Source: Azolla caroliniana
Taxonomy: Eukaryota; Plantae; Polypodiophyta
DNA: 64,000 nt
NCBI GenBank assembly: GCA_043228905.1
Contig: JBHGNT010000009.1
Span: 434,001 to 498,000 of the forward strand
Direction: 5' to 3'
Part shown: piece after piece, positions 52,300 through 64,000 of the stretch
Position numbering within the stretch: position 1 is the first letter of the stretch
Layout: every line of letters begins with the position of its first letter
The notes under the pieces: generated by a model
The model's input: the letters and a program-made list of their open reading frames with translations, nothing else
Databases searched by the model: none
Told to the model about the DNA's origin: nothing
Position numbers and translations under genes: made by a program

Positions 52300-53561
52300 C
52301 TTGGTGAGGGTCTTTGACATGGTCACTAGTTTCTGCAGAGAGAGTATTCACTCTGAGATTTAACTATGTAGGTTAGAGATTCCAACTCTTGGTTGTAGCT
52401 CTCACTCTTCATGGAGTAGTACTATTGTGTCTTGAACATAGACTTAATGGGGATTTCATTGCATATGCTAGGTGCAAGGGTATATATCTGAATAACCAAA
52501 TTTTGAGGTGTTATGTTTCCTTTGTCGAGCAAATCCACTGTAGCCACATTCAAAAGTACCCTTTGGTGTCAATGTCTTTCGCACCATTTTTTCAGATTTC
52601 AAAAGTACCCTCAGTAGCAACAATGATCACAACAAACAAATCTGAAGATCTTTTTTACGTCTCCCTGCCCGAAAGTTGTTGTAAAGCCAGTAGTGTTGTG
52701 TAAAATTGTCCCTCCTTACGGGGGAGTCGGTTGAAAAGCTGAAATCGGCTGAAGAGCCGACCTGAGACACGGCGCGGTCGAAGAGCTGAGCCGTGCACAG
52801 CCAACCTAAGACACAACGCGGCCAAAAAGCCAAATCGACACACAACGTGGCCAAAGAGCCGACCCAAGACACGGTGCAGCCGAAGAGCCGAACCGTGCAC
52901 AGCCGACCCGAGACACGGCTCAGCCGAAAAGCCGAACCATGCAGAAGAGTCAAAGGGAACTCGAATGTGTATGTGGGTTAGCATACATATATGCTAAGAG
53001 GCATTCACTGCCTTTGTATGTGGGATAAATGACCTAGAGAAAAAGTAGTGAGTGTAGCCATATACATATAGTAAATTCAAGTGAGTTGTATTATTATTGA
53101 GTGCGTTTTAGGCACGAGAGTGTGCAGAGCGAAAAACGAGTTGCAGAAGAGAAGTGTGACTTAGAGAACGACTGCGTATATACACAGTAGTGGATGTGAG
53201 AACGAAATAAGAAAAGTTGAGTGTGTGTGAAGAAAAGGGAGAAGAACAAAAGGGAAGAAAGACAAGAATTGAGAAGCTAAAGGAGTTTCGAATGGGAAAG
53301 ACACATACGCATTAGGGTTTGGTATGCTCATCTGAAATCGTGGTATTAGAGAACATTCAGACTAGTACAAGTTCTTTTATTCAGTGGTTGTATTCTGTCT
53401 TTCTATCATAGTGAATTTTTTGTTCCGTTGTTTTTCCTTGAAATTAGGGTTTTCCACGTAAATCTTGTTTTACTCTTTATTTTCAGTTTGTGTCTAACGT
53501 TATATCGTAATCCTTGTCTAAGTGAAATCTTATCAAACTGGTATCAAAGCATAGGTTTTAG

Positions 53562-56500
53562 ATGGAAGGGGGTGTGAGTGGCTTTCCGGGGATGATTGTC
53601 CTAAACTCACAAAACTACTCAGACTAGAAGATCAAAATGAAAGATCTTTTGATAGTCAAAGACCTATATGAGCCTATAGAAAATAAGGATATACCAAGAG
53701 GGGTGATAGAATCGGAGTGGAAAATTCTGAATAGAAAGGCAATGGCAACTATAAGACAATGTCTAGACATTAGCGTCCTACAACATGTAGCAAGTGATAC
53801 CAATGCTTTCGACTTATGGCATAAACTCTCTACTCTCTATGAAAGGAAAAATGCCTTAAATAAAACTTTCTTGATGAGGAAGATAGTGAGACTAAAGTAT
53901 GTAGATGGGGAGAGCATTATAGAGCACATCAGTACTTTTATGGGACTGGTAAATCATTAGCCTCAGCGAAGTTCCCATTAGATGATGTTATGCAGGCCAC
54001 ACTATTGCTATGTACTCTACCAAATAGTTGGGAAAACTTAACAGTGACACTCAGCACTTCATGTAAAGAAGACAACCTGTCTTTACAAACAATAAAGACT
54101 AGCATTTTAAATGAAGAGACAAGAAGAAAGGATAAAAGTGCCTTGTCTCAATCAGAGGCTAATGTGACCCAAGAACTTAGTAGAGGTAAAAGAGAACACA
54201 GAAGTCCAAATGAAGATAGGTTTTATGCAAGGTCGAAATCTAGAGGAAGACCTACATGCTTCTATTGTGGGAAGCCTAGTCACTTCCAAAAGAATTGCCA
54301 ACACCTTAGGAAGGACAAAGGCATGGCTGATGAGATCGAACCCCGGAAAATTTCTAATGATAAAAACACCTCAGCCATTGCAACTAGTGAAGAAGAGATG
54401 TTATTTATCTGTGAACAAGGTAGCGTGAACCTAGCAAATGCTAAGTGCTCATGGGTAGTGGATTCCGGTGCTTCATTTCACCTAACTCCCAAAAGAGAAT
54501 GTTTCTCGTCTTACATAGCCGGTGACCGTGGCTACGTAAGGATGGGAAATGACAGTGAATGCAAGATTGTGGGCATAGGAACTGTGTGTTTGCTAACATC
54601 TACTGGCTGCAGGTTGATATTGAAGGATGTACGCCATGTTTGGATGTCAGATTGAATCTGATATCAGCTGGACGGCTAGACGACGAAGGCTATAGTGGTG
54701 GTTTTCGAAGTGGTACATGGAAGTTTTGTAAAGGGAGCTTGATTGTGGCTCGAGCTCAAAAACAAAATACACTATATGTAATGCATGCCAAATTGTGCCG
54801 AGATGAAGCAAATGTAGTGGCTGGCTCAAATGGTGAGCGGTGGCATAAAAGGCTCGGACACATGAGCGAAAGGGGAATGCATATCCTTGCGGAAAAGGAT
54901 TTTCTACCAAAGGTGAAAGGAATACACTTGGAGAAGTGTGTGGATTGCTTGGTTGGAAAGCAAAATAGAACAACCTTTCACTCTAGACCTCTGATGAGGA
55001 GAGAGCATGCCTTAGAGCTGGTTCACACAGATGTGTGTTATGTGGATGCCCCATCACATCATGGTGGACAATATTTTGTTACATTTATTGATGACTTCAG
55101 TAGGAAGGTATGGGCTTATGTGTTGGTGTCTAAGGACCAAGTGTTGTCATTCTTTAGAGAGTTTCATGCAAGGGTAGAAAGAGAATCTAGATAGAAGCTA
55201 AAGGTTGTCCGAACAGATAATGGTGGTGAGTATAGAGGCCAATTCGAGATGTATTGCAAGACTCAAGGTATCAAACTTGAGTATACGGTGCCGAAGACAC
55301 TTGAGCTAAATGGTCTAGCAGAAAGAATGAATAGAACTATTATGGAAAGGATAAGAAGCATGTTGGTGCATGCAAAATTGTCAAAGTCGTATTGGGCTGA
55401 GGCAATGTTGACGATTGTTTATCTCATAAACAAGTCTCCATCAGTGCCCCTGAAGGGGAATGTACCACAAAGGGTGTGGACATGAAGGGATGTATCCTAT
55501 CAGCACTTGAAGGTGTTTTGATGCTTGGCCTATGTACATGTTGCTAAAGATCAGAGGTCAAAGCTGGACAGCAAGTCCAAACCTTGTATATTCTTGGGGT
55601 ACTCGGAAGACGAGTTCGGGTATAGAATGTGGGATCTCCTTGGTAAGAAAGTGATAAGAAGTCGAGATGTCATATTCATGGAAGATAAGACAATCGAGAA
55701 CTGGAAACAACAAAGACCAGAGTCATCTTCCAAATCGACTACCGTTATGGAGTTGACATTGGTCGATCTCACTCCCACACAACCAGCCGACGGACAACAG
55801 CTGGCTGATGAAGTCGAACCTGAGTCAGTCGACACCCAACAACAGACAGATGCACACGAAGTTGAGTCGGAAGATGAGCTGTTGGAAGAAAGCGAATCTG
55901 AGCCAGTTATCGAAGGAAGAAGATATCCACGAAGACAAAGGAAGGCATCCTCTCGATATCCAGCCAGTCAATATATCCTCTTGAATGATGAAAGGGAACC
56001 AAAATGCTATGAAGAGGCCATGACTGATGTACACAAGGAAAAATGGTATAATGCCATGCAAGAAGAAATGGATTCCTTGCATGAGAACCTAACTTATAAG
56101 TTAATGGAGTTGCATGATGGTAAGAAGGCACTTAGAAACAAATGGGTCTACAAATTAAAGACAGGTGAAGACGGAAGTACACCCAAGTATAAGGCCCGCA
56201 TTGTTGTAAAGGGTTTCCAACATAAAAAGGGGGTTGATTTCAATGAGATTTTTGCTCCAGTTGTCAAGATGACCTTTATCCGGACTGTTTTGAGTATGGC
56301 TGCTAGTATGAATCTTGAAATCGAACAGTTAGATGTTAAAACAACCTTCTTGCAAGGTGAGCTAGAAGAGGAAATTTATATGCAACAGCCGGAGGGCTTT
56401 GAGGTAAAAGGAAAAGAGAACCTCGTGTGTAGGTTGAGGAAAAGCTTGTATGGTCTAAAGCAAGCTCCACAACAATGGTATAAGAAATTTGAGTCCTTCA

Positions 56501-57565
56501 TGTTGGAACATGGATTCCACAAAACACAAGCCGATCATTGTGTATTTGTGAAAAGGTATAATGAAGGTGATTTTCTTATTCTATTGTTGTATGTGGATGA
56601 TATGTTGGTTGTTGGACATGACGTTAAAAAGATTGCAAGCTTGAAGAAAGCATTGAGCAAATCGTTTGCCATGAAAGACTTAGGACTAGCAAAACAGATT
56701 TTGGGAATGCATATAGTCCAGGACAGGACTAAAAACATGCTATGGCTGTCACAAGAGAAATATGTGACAAAAGTTTTGCAAAGGTTGAACATGTACAATG
56801 CAAAATCTGTTGGATCTCCATTGCCGGTGGATTGTAAGTTAAATTCAGGACAATGTCCGAAAACTGAGAAAGATAAGGCAGAGATGAGGAGGGTGCCATA
56901 TGCCTCTGCTGTCGGTAGTCTTATGTATGTTATGGTTTGCACGAGGCCGGACATTGCATTTGCTGTCAAGACAGTTAGTCGCTACTTGACTAATCCTGGA
57001 AAGGAGCATTGGACAGCCGTAAAATGGATACTTAGATATCTAAGAGGGACTTCGAGTGTATGCCTTAGATATGGCTCAGAGAAACCTATCCTAGAAGGTT
57101 TTCACAGATTCTGATATGTCGGGTGATGTAGATTCCAGCCGATCCACATCAGGGTATGTGATGACTTATTCAGGGGGAGCCGTGTCATGGCAATCAAGAT
57201 TGCAAAAGACGGTGGCTTTGTCAACCACAGAGGCTGAGTATATGGCTGCAATGAAAGCCGGAAAAGAAGTGATTTGGATGAGAGACTTCTAAGGCGAACT
57301 AGGAATGAAGCAAGAAAGGTTCTTGCTTCATTGTGATAATCAGAGTGTTATTCGTTTGGGTAAGAATGTTGCCTATCATTCCCGTACGAAGCACATTCAA
57401 AGAAGGTATCATTGGTTGCGAGAGAAAGTGGAAGAAAATGAATTTGCTTTAGCAAAGATCCATACTGACGAAAATGGATCAAACATGCTCACTAAAATCC
57501 TATCAATGGAAAAACTTGTTTCATGCCGACAAAGGATTGGGTTGGTTGATTCTCCCCCTACATGA
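53562..57565 (+). pseudogene. Disrupted copia gag-pol of element 4
   Basis: Motifs CFYCGKPSHFQKNC, WVVDSGAS, WHKRLGH, HTDVC, YKARIVVKG, LYGLKQAP, YVDDML and KHIQRRYH are spread over several ORFs separated by TAG/TGA stops and frameshifts. Confidence 0.93.
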
Positions 57566-57950
57566 GTGAAGGGGGAGTTTGTTGTGTAAAATTGTCCCTC
57601 CTTACGGGGGAGTCGGTTGAAAAGTCGAAATCGGCCGAAGAGCCGAGCCGTGCACGACCAACCTGAGACATGGCGTGGCCGAAAAGCCAAACCGAGACAC
57701 GACGCGGCCGAAGAGCCAAACCGTGCACAACCGAAAAGTTGAACCATGCAGAAGAGTCAAAGGGAACTCAAATGTGTATACACATATATATACACACTTC
57801 TATTCACATTTATATATATGTGGGTTAGCATACATATATGCTAAGAGGCATTTACTGCCTTTGTATGTGGGATAAATGACCTAGAGAAAAAGTAGTGAGT
57901 GTAGCCATATACATATAGTAAACTCAAGTGAGTTGTATTATTATTGAGTG

Positions 57951-58238
57951 CATAGTACGTAAAATTGGTGTTCGTCTAGTATAACATTCGTTTTCCTACG
58001 TTGAAAAACAAATGAGAATGTTATCCAAACATTCTTGTGTTTTTTTTTTTGTTTTTTTCCCATTTTTTTAATGTTTTTTTTTTGTTTTTTGTTTTCATTT
58101 TTAGGCTTATCTACCTCATAATAAATAGTTAATCCAAAAGTATGATATTTATCATTCGTTGAGGGTGTTTTTCTTTTGCGAATGATTGAATTATTCGCGA
58201 ATGCGAATGCACGTATGGTGCGTATGGTTCATACTATG
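57951..58238. mobile_element. hAT-type MITE inserted in the 3' LTR of element 4
   Basis: Absent from the 5' LTR, which has a single ATTGAGTG near 53096. TIR CATAGTA/TACTATG; perfect 8-bp TSD ATTGAGTG at 57943-57950 and 58239-58246. Confidence 0.92.
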
Positions 58239-61160
58239 ATTGAGTGCGTTTTAGGCGCGAGAGTGTGTAGAGCAAAAAACGAGTTGCAGAAGAGAAGTGT
58301 GACTCAGAGAATGACTGCGTATATACACAGTAGTGGATGTGAGAACGAAATAAGAAAAGTTGAGTGTGTGTGAAGAAAAGGGAGAAGAACAAAAGGGAAG
58401 AAAGACAAGAATTGAGAAGCCAAAGGAGTTTCGAATGGGAAAGACACCTACGCATTAGGGTTTGGTATGCTCATCTGAAATCGTGGTATTAGAGAACATT
58501 CAGACTAGTACAGGTTCTTTTATTCAGTGGTTGTATTCTTTCTTTCTATCATAGTGAAATTTCTGTTCCGTCGTTTTTCCTTGAAATTAGGGTTTTCCAC
58601 GTAAATCTTGTTTTACTCTTTATTTTTAGTTTGTGTCTAAGGTTATTTCGTAATCCTTGTCTGAGTGAAATCTTATCATTCGAAAGTTAGGAGTTGATGA
58701 TATCTACCATCGAATTTGGCACTGCCCCAATCCAGAATATTGGAATGTTGTCTAGATGTAAGCTAGAAAAAAATCACAAGAGCAATGGACAAAGTATTCT
58801 CTTTATCTTTGAGTTTGACTCCTAGATGGTGGCTTTATTACAAGAAAAGTGATCCAACCTATAAAACAATTGACATATTTTGATGGAATTCCAAAGTAAC
58901 TCTGTTCACAATTTCAGATATCTAGTGTTAATTGCCGGTCATTTATCTTTCATAATGTTTCCTTTGATTCTTCAATATGAGAAAACCAGGAAAAATGTAG
59001 ATTCCACTAATAGAAAGGGCAAGATTGATGCCTATACATATAATAAAACCGAAAGCCTAGTAAAAATGAGTTATGAGTTTAAACTTTATTGTCATGCCAC
59101 ATCAAGTTATCTAAAATACAACATTCAGATTTTTATCATTTTTTCCTACGTAGGGAAATTAAAATTCAAAGAAATGGAAGGAAGCATCTTCCAGGTCTTT
59201 GCTAGCTCAGAATTTATGTGGAAGCTTACATTATTGAATTGCCGATTTGAGTATCACAAATCATTCTCGGATGTGCTAATCATCTCTTTTCTATGAGACG
59301 TAGCTTCCTCGCTATGTTATCGACACGCATTTTAGTACTTTGGTGAGGCACATGAAGAAGTCATCTCTAGATTTTATTCCATTGGTAAGTTTGTTGCATC
59401 ATTTGTAAGTTTAACAATTCGTAAATCCAAATATGGCCTACATTAGGTAACTATATGAAACCAACATAAGAGACCACAATATATATGACGAAACAATTTT
59501 TTAACCATGTTTATGTGTGTAGAAATATGTTTTAAATGTTCTTTGTATTTAAATTATTGTTCTACTAGTGGTTTATGATTAGAAACTAATAGAAAACAAG
59601 GTTAGAACTTTCAATTCCTTATGATCAACAATGTGGTTCATAAAAACTTCATGTAGACTGTATTGGTAGACTATGATTGAACTATATAAAGTATGTAATT
59701 TATATTTATATGAACGTTAAAACCATGAATGACCAAATATTTATGTTTAATCTCTGACAACAATGCTTTTGGAATTGAACGACAAGTGGTGGGTCTAGTA
59801 ACCTTGTTCTGTAAATTTCACACAACACATGTAGCAACCTGCATACAGGTGATACTTTTTCCATCATAAATCTGTTTGCAGTTTGAAAGAGAATATGTGC
59901 TTTATGCAGTACTTAGGGCAATATTTGCGTTCCTATATTGAAAGCACAACAATGAATGATCACACTAGGAAAAAAGATCTAGACAGTCATGTTGAGGTAG
60001 GATAAGTATGAACCTATTCTTGTGTGTCTGGTTTGTGTAGATTAAAGAGAACATATTCTAAAAAGATGTTGTAGCAGGTGAACGAAATGATGCCATGGCT
60101 TTTCGTACTCCTTTGGTACCTGGATGTACCAATTGACACTGCCAAGCCTGCCTTGCCACTATCTACATTGACTTTCATAGCTAGGTGATATTCCTGTGAG
60201 TTCAATTGGAGACTTCTTGTCTTAGGTTTTCCTTTTGTATGTATTATAATTGGGCTCCAATCAAACCTGCAACATCTTACACATCATTTTAACTAACTAA
60301 AACATCATTATCTATTCTTGTGTTCAATCATGGGAATTTTCAAAATAACCTCATTTTATCGTTAACATTTGCCATAACATGTTTTAAAGTTGTCAAAGCT
60401 ATAAAAAGGATATTGCATCTACTTTCTGTTAACATGTGTCATCTTATGTAAATTACCTTGTTCCATGTGTTTCTTTGAATAGAGGAAACACATTTTCATT
60501 TGTACTCAACACAATTCTAATTTAAGAGTAATATTTTTTCTACAAGGGTAGATGGATTTATGTTTGATGAAAATAGAACCCGCCTTTCATGTTGTGTTCT
60601 ATTATTGTTGGGTAGAAATCATCTCCCCTAACACCACAAACATGAGCTATTATCATAAAGTCTAACTCTAGTATACTAGCAATGAGGAAATAATCTCATA
60701 ATGAGCACCAAGAGCATCATTAACTAAGGCGAGAAAGTTTGAAATAATAATGATGATATACAAGGTCATTGCCCTATTCATAGTAATGTCCTTTTCCTTG
60801 AGAATTGGTCCAAGAATCATTTCAAGCTATTCATTAATATTTAAAGTTGTTCAAAGTGATTGTGAAATATGTTGAAGTAAAGTATATTTGGTTAGAATTG
60901 CCTTGTTAAGGACAATGTAATGTTGTCCTGCATATTGTTTGAATTGTTTGATGTCAATCTTGTAGACCCATTTATCATTTTGCCAATTTATGACGTTCGT
61001 ATTGTCTTTCTAATGGCCATAGCATTGCTTTCCCTCGTATTGATTGTTGAAAGTCTATCAGCCATCATGTCATTTCCTCCTAACATTGCATACCCCCATA
61101 TATGTTGAAAAGCATATGTGATATGATCATGTGTGCAATGATATTAGGTTTTAACCACGT

Positions 61161-61999
61161 TGTCGCAGAAATCCATGAGTATGTGTTGGAACTGGGGCGG
61201 CATCATCAAGGTCTTGAATGAAGGGGGCGGTAAGGGAGTGTGAAGAGTATAATCAAACGTTTCAGGATAACTTCACCGGCACACGGGATCGGGCACGCTA
61301 CCGATCCGGACTAGTCACCGGATACCAGACAGTGAGCACACATGCTCAGATGTGTATGTTATTCCAGACCAGCGTGCAAAGAACAACCAATGAGCACACA
61401 AGCTCAGAGACTCGGCTATGCACAAGATGAAAATGGAATAGAGGTGAGAATGCGGACAAAAACAGAGAGACACCGCGACACAAAAGAACTCGGGTACAAC
61501 AAAATGATTAATTAGCTAGGAATAATAGAAATCCAACCAGACTCAGTCGGCAACAGAGCTACTAGCTCCCCACACTCACACACAGGGTACCAACTCGAAA
61601 CAGAGGCCTCACAGCACAACGACAGACAAAAACAGAGAATGGGGAAAACATAAAACTATAGAGCTCTGTCCGGCAGCACTTCGTTATCCCAAAACGTGGA
61701 TCCCTCCCTCCGTATTCTCTCTCTCATTTTATAGCTCAAGGAGAAAGCGACCGTTAAATCAAGTTGTTATCACAACCGCTTTTTCGTCCTCAATTCTCTC
61801 CTCGATTTCCTCCTACGTATCACCTTTATTCTCCTCTATGCATGTGAGACATCGAAGTACCCATTAACTACTCTGCCTAGTACTTTAAATACTCTATTCA
61901 TATTTACATCTTTTTGTACATTGGTCTTTGTTTATGTGCACACTTGCACATACTCGTTCACGCACATTTTTCACCCTATGGCCAGAATTTCCCACAACA
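61161..61999 (-). mobile_element. Probable solo LTR
   Basis: TG...CA ends with imperfect terminal IR (TGTCGCAGAAAT / AATTTCCCACAACA), flanked by ACGT on both sides. GC-richer than the flanks; minus-strand TATA GCTATAAAA near 61730; no PBS or coding sequence. Confidence 0.6.
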
Positions 62000-62444
62000 A
62001 CGTATAATGCCCTGTTGTTGTACAAAAGAATCCAAGTATTTTAAACCCTCGAGAGAATAGATCATCTTTTTCATTTAACAAAACAAATGTATGAGCATAT
62101 GAACCTATTGAACAACTTCATCCATTCATGTCATAATATAGTCAAAAATACATGTGGAGATTAAGGAATGTCAAAGAGAGTGTATTCTTGTTACATTCCA
62201 ATTATGGAATGAACGGGCTTTGTAAATCCATCTCAAGTATTTATTTTACCCACTATTCTTTAGAACTTAAAAGGCCATTGTGTGGCTTCCATTGAAACAT
62301 GTATATACATAGTTCAATGGAGTTATGCCTCACGTTAATATCATTGTACCTAGGATCCATACTAGTGTATATCCTATTGGTGGTTAACTGGGTAAGGGTG
62401 GTTGTCGAGCACCCGAGAGATACTAGCTCATTTAACCTTAATGA

Positions 62445-62451
<7 letters not shown>

Positions 62452-62516
<65 letters not shown>

Positions 62517-62758
62517 ATCGTAATTAGCTTACCCTAGTGGTAAGTTGATAACATCACAAGCACTCTCTCTCTCTTTTCTTTTCTTTTTATCGTAATTACC
62601 TTACCCTAGTGGTAAGTTGTTAGCACTACAAGCACTGCGTTTTGGGTTTGAAACCCAACTTCCTCACATCTCTATATACTTCTTATATATCTCTTAATTC
62701 ACTAGATGCCAATGTGGAATGTAGGGATTGAACCTATGACCACTTGGTCTCCATTGGG
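62452..62758 (-). mobile_element. SINE-like copy (same family as 33118) with duplicated 3' end and long (GA)n tail
   Basis: Minus strand reads CCCAAT...GTGGTCATAGGTTCAATCCCTACATTCCAC...ATCTAGTGA...GGTTTCAAACCCAA...CTAGGGTAAG.TAATTACGATAAA (twice), then a long (GA)n run. Confidence 0.75.
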
Positions 62759-63817
62759 TTCTATTCTTGCCATTTCCTTATATGCTTCAAGAATTAGTGT
62801 ACAAAATGCACTATTGTGTGCGAGCCAAAATATAAATCATTGTGTTTGCATGTGGTGAACAAAGAAAAATTACTACTAAGTGGATAACCATCTAGACTAG
62901 AAGCTTATGATGTATACAAGGCAATAGGATGGTGTTGCGTAGGGGGGCCAAATTACAATCTATTTTGCCAGAATTATGTCTACATGGAATGAATGCAAAA
63001 CTACCTCGTGGTTATTTGTCTAGACCATTCATGATGGTTGATAGATATATTGATCTCATCTTGAAATTATATATCCCATACTCAATGCAACCTTCTCTAA
63101 CTCATACACACCTAAAGTAACGGGTATTGGTTGAATGTTATTCTAGCAATTAAATATCCAAGAAAGATGGCATCTCCATTCTTGAGAAACCCCAAATATT
63201 ACCATCATTGTTTATTGTTGCTTGAGAGGTTTCATAGAAAACATCTACTTTTGCATGAACATACTTTCTTGAAATTTTCCAAAATGGTTGGGATGACGTG
63301 TACTCTCTTGTTGACGGAGTGAGTATGAGTGGTTATCAATCCACTCCTAAGCCCACTATCAAATATTGATAAATGAGAGAACGGAATCTTAACCTTAATA
63401 CCTAATCACACATTGATGAGGTCAAGAATTAACCCAAAATGTTTAGTCACTTAAATATAGGTGTTAAGGTACCTAACACAATCAACAAAGAAATCAAAGA
63501 GAGACAGTTCAGACTCCAGAGGCAAAGGGATGCTCCACAAGAACTATAGCCACCAACCCAAACACTTAAGGTTTGCATCTTAAGGTAAGAATACGGTAAC
63601 TAAATAATGAGGGTTACTAGTAATGAGAAATTAAACTTATTGTGGGAGGCTTAATCTCTGGCTCAAGTTTACTAAATGTTAAAAAAGAACCTTAAAATAT
63701 TTATACAAGTGTCTTGTATAGCTTTTACAATATCCTTGGGCTTTTTCACATGGTGCCACAAGTCTATCTATTTCGTTTTCTCTTTTAATGTCTTGTATCC
63801 CTTTCCATGGCGCTATA

Positions 63818-63985
63818 TAAAGATCGGCAACAGTTCGGTTTAGGCTTAGCCAGTTTGGCCTGATCCAAGCCAAATTGGCTAAGCCTAAACCGTTTTGGGG
63901 ATCTCAAACCTGAACCGAACCAAACCGGTTTGGTAAACGACTTAGAAACCAATTTTCAAACCAGCTTGGAAACCGGTTTGGAAAG
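63818..63985. mobile_element. Left end of a hAT MITE related to 10756-10883
   Basis: TAAAGATCGGCAACAGTTCGGTTT matches 21/24 nt of the 10756 terminus and is followed by AAACCG/CGGTTT subterminal motifs. No right TIR was seen. Confidence 0.55.
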
Positions 63986-64000
63986 CTCCCTCTCTCTCTC

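Larger units (their letters stand above)
52694..58678 (+). mobile_element. Decayed full-length Ty1/copia element (element 4)
   Basis: 5' LTR 52694-53535; PBS TGGTATCAAAGC 53539-53550; gag ATG 53562; polyprotein with stops and frameshifts to 57565; PPT GAAGGGGGAG; 3' LTR 57580-58678. Confidence 0.95.

Noticed and set aside
58690-58770. Kinase-like words (LHLDNI, ILDWGSA) on the minus strand
   Set aside because: They are in different frames and very short, and the plus strand looks equally ORF-like. Not supportable without a search.

Overview
Eukaryotic land-plant nuclear DNA: AT-rich, GT-AG introns, many (GA)n/(TA)n microsatellites. A fern or other seed-free lineage is only a guess. Four host genes are present: a type I inositol polyphosphate 5-phosphatase (-, 8190-12703), CCT5/TCP1-epsilon (+, 22427-26944), an intronless low-complexity protein of unknown function (-, 28710-29414) and U1 snRNP 70K (+, 35811-42092). 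The TE landscape includes an intact young Ty1/copia element (1-5241) nested in the gag of a second copia, two decayed head-to-head copia elements (47336-52299 and 52694-58678), hAT- and Mutator-type MITEs, a LINE 3' fragment, a tRNA-derived SINE with a (GA)n tail and a probable solo LTR. The most notable observations are: (1) a base-resolvable 2.2-kb inversion that split an LTR; (2) a long decayed ORF of unknown origin that reassembles once the insertions and the inversion are undone; (3) a U1-70K intron 6 full of 5'-splice-site-like motifs (candidate poison-exon autoregulation); (4) a U5:AUG hairpin enclosing a copia PBS; (5) LTR/gag/pol mosaicism among the copia elements; (6) a shared CArG + site II motif upstream of two genes. 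All calls were made by eye, with no database searches.
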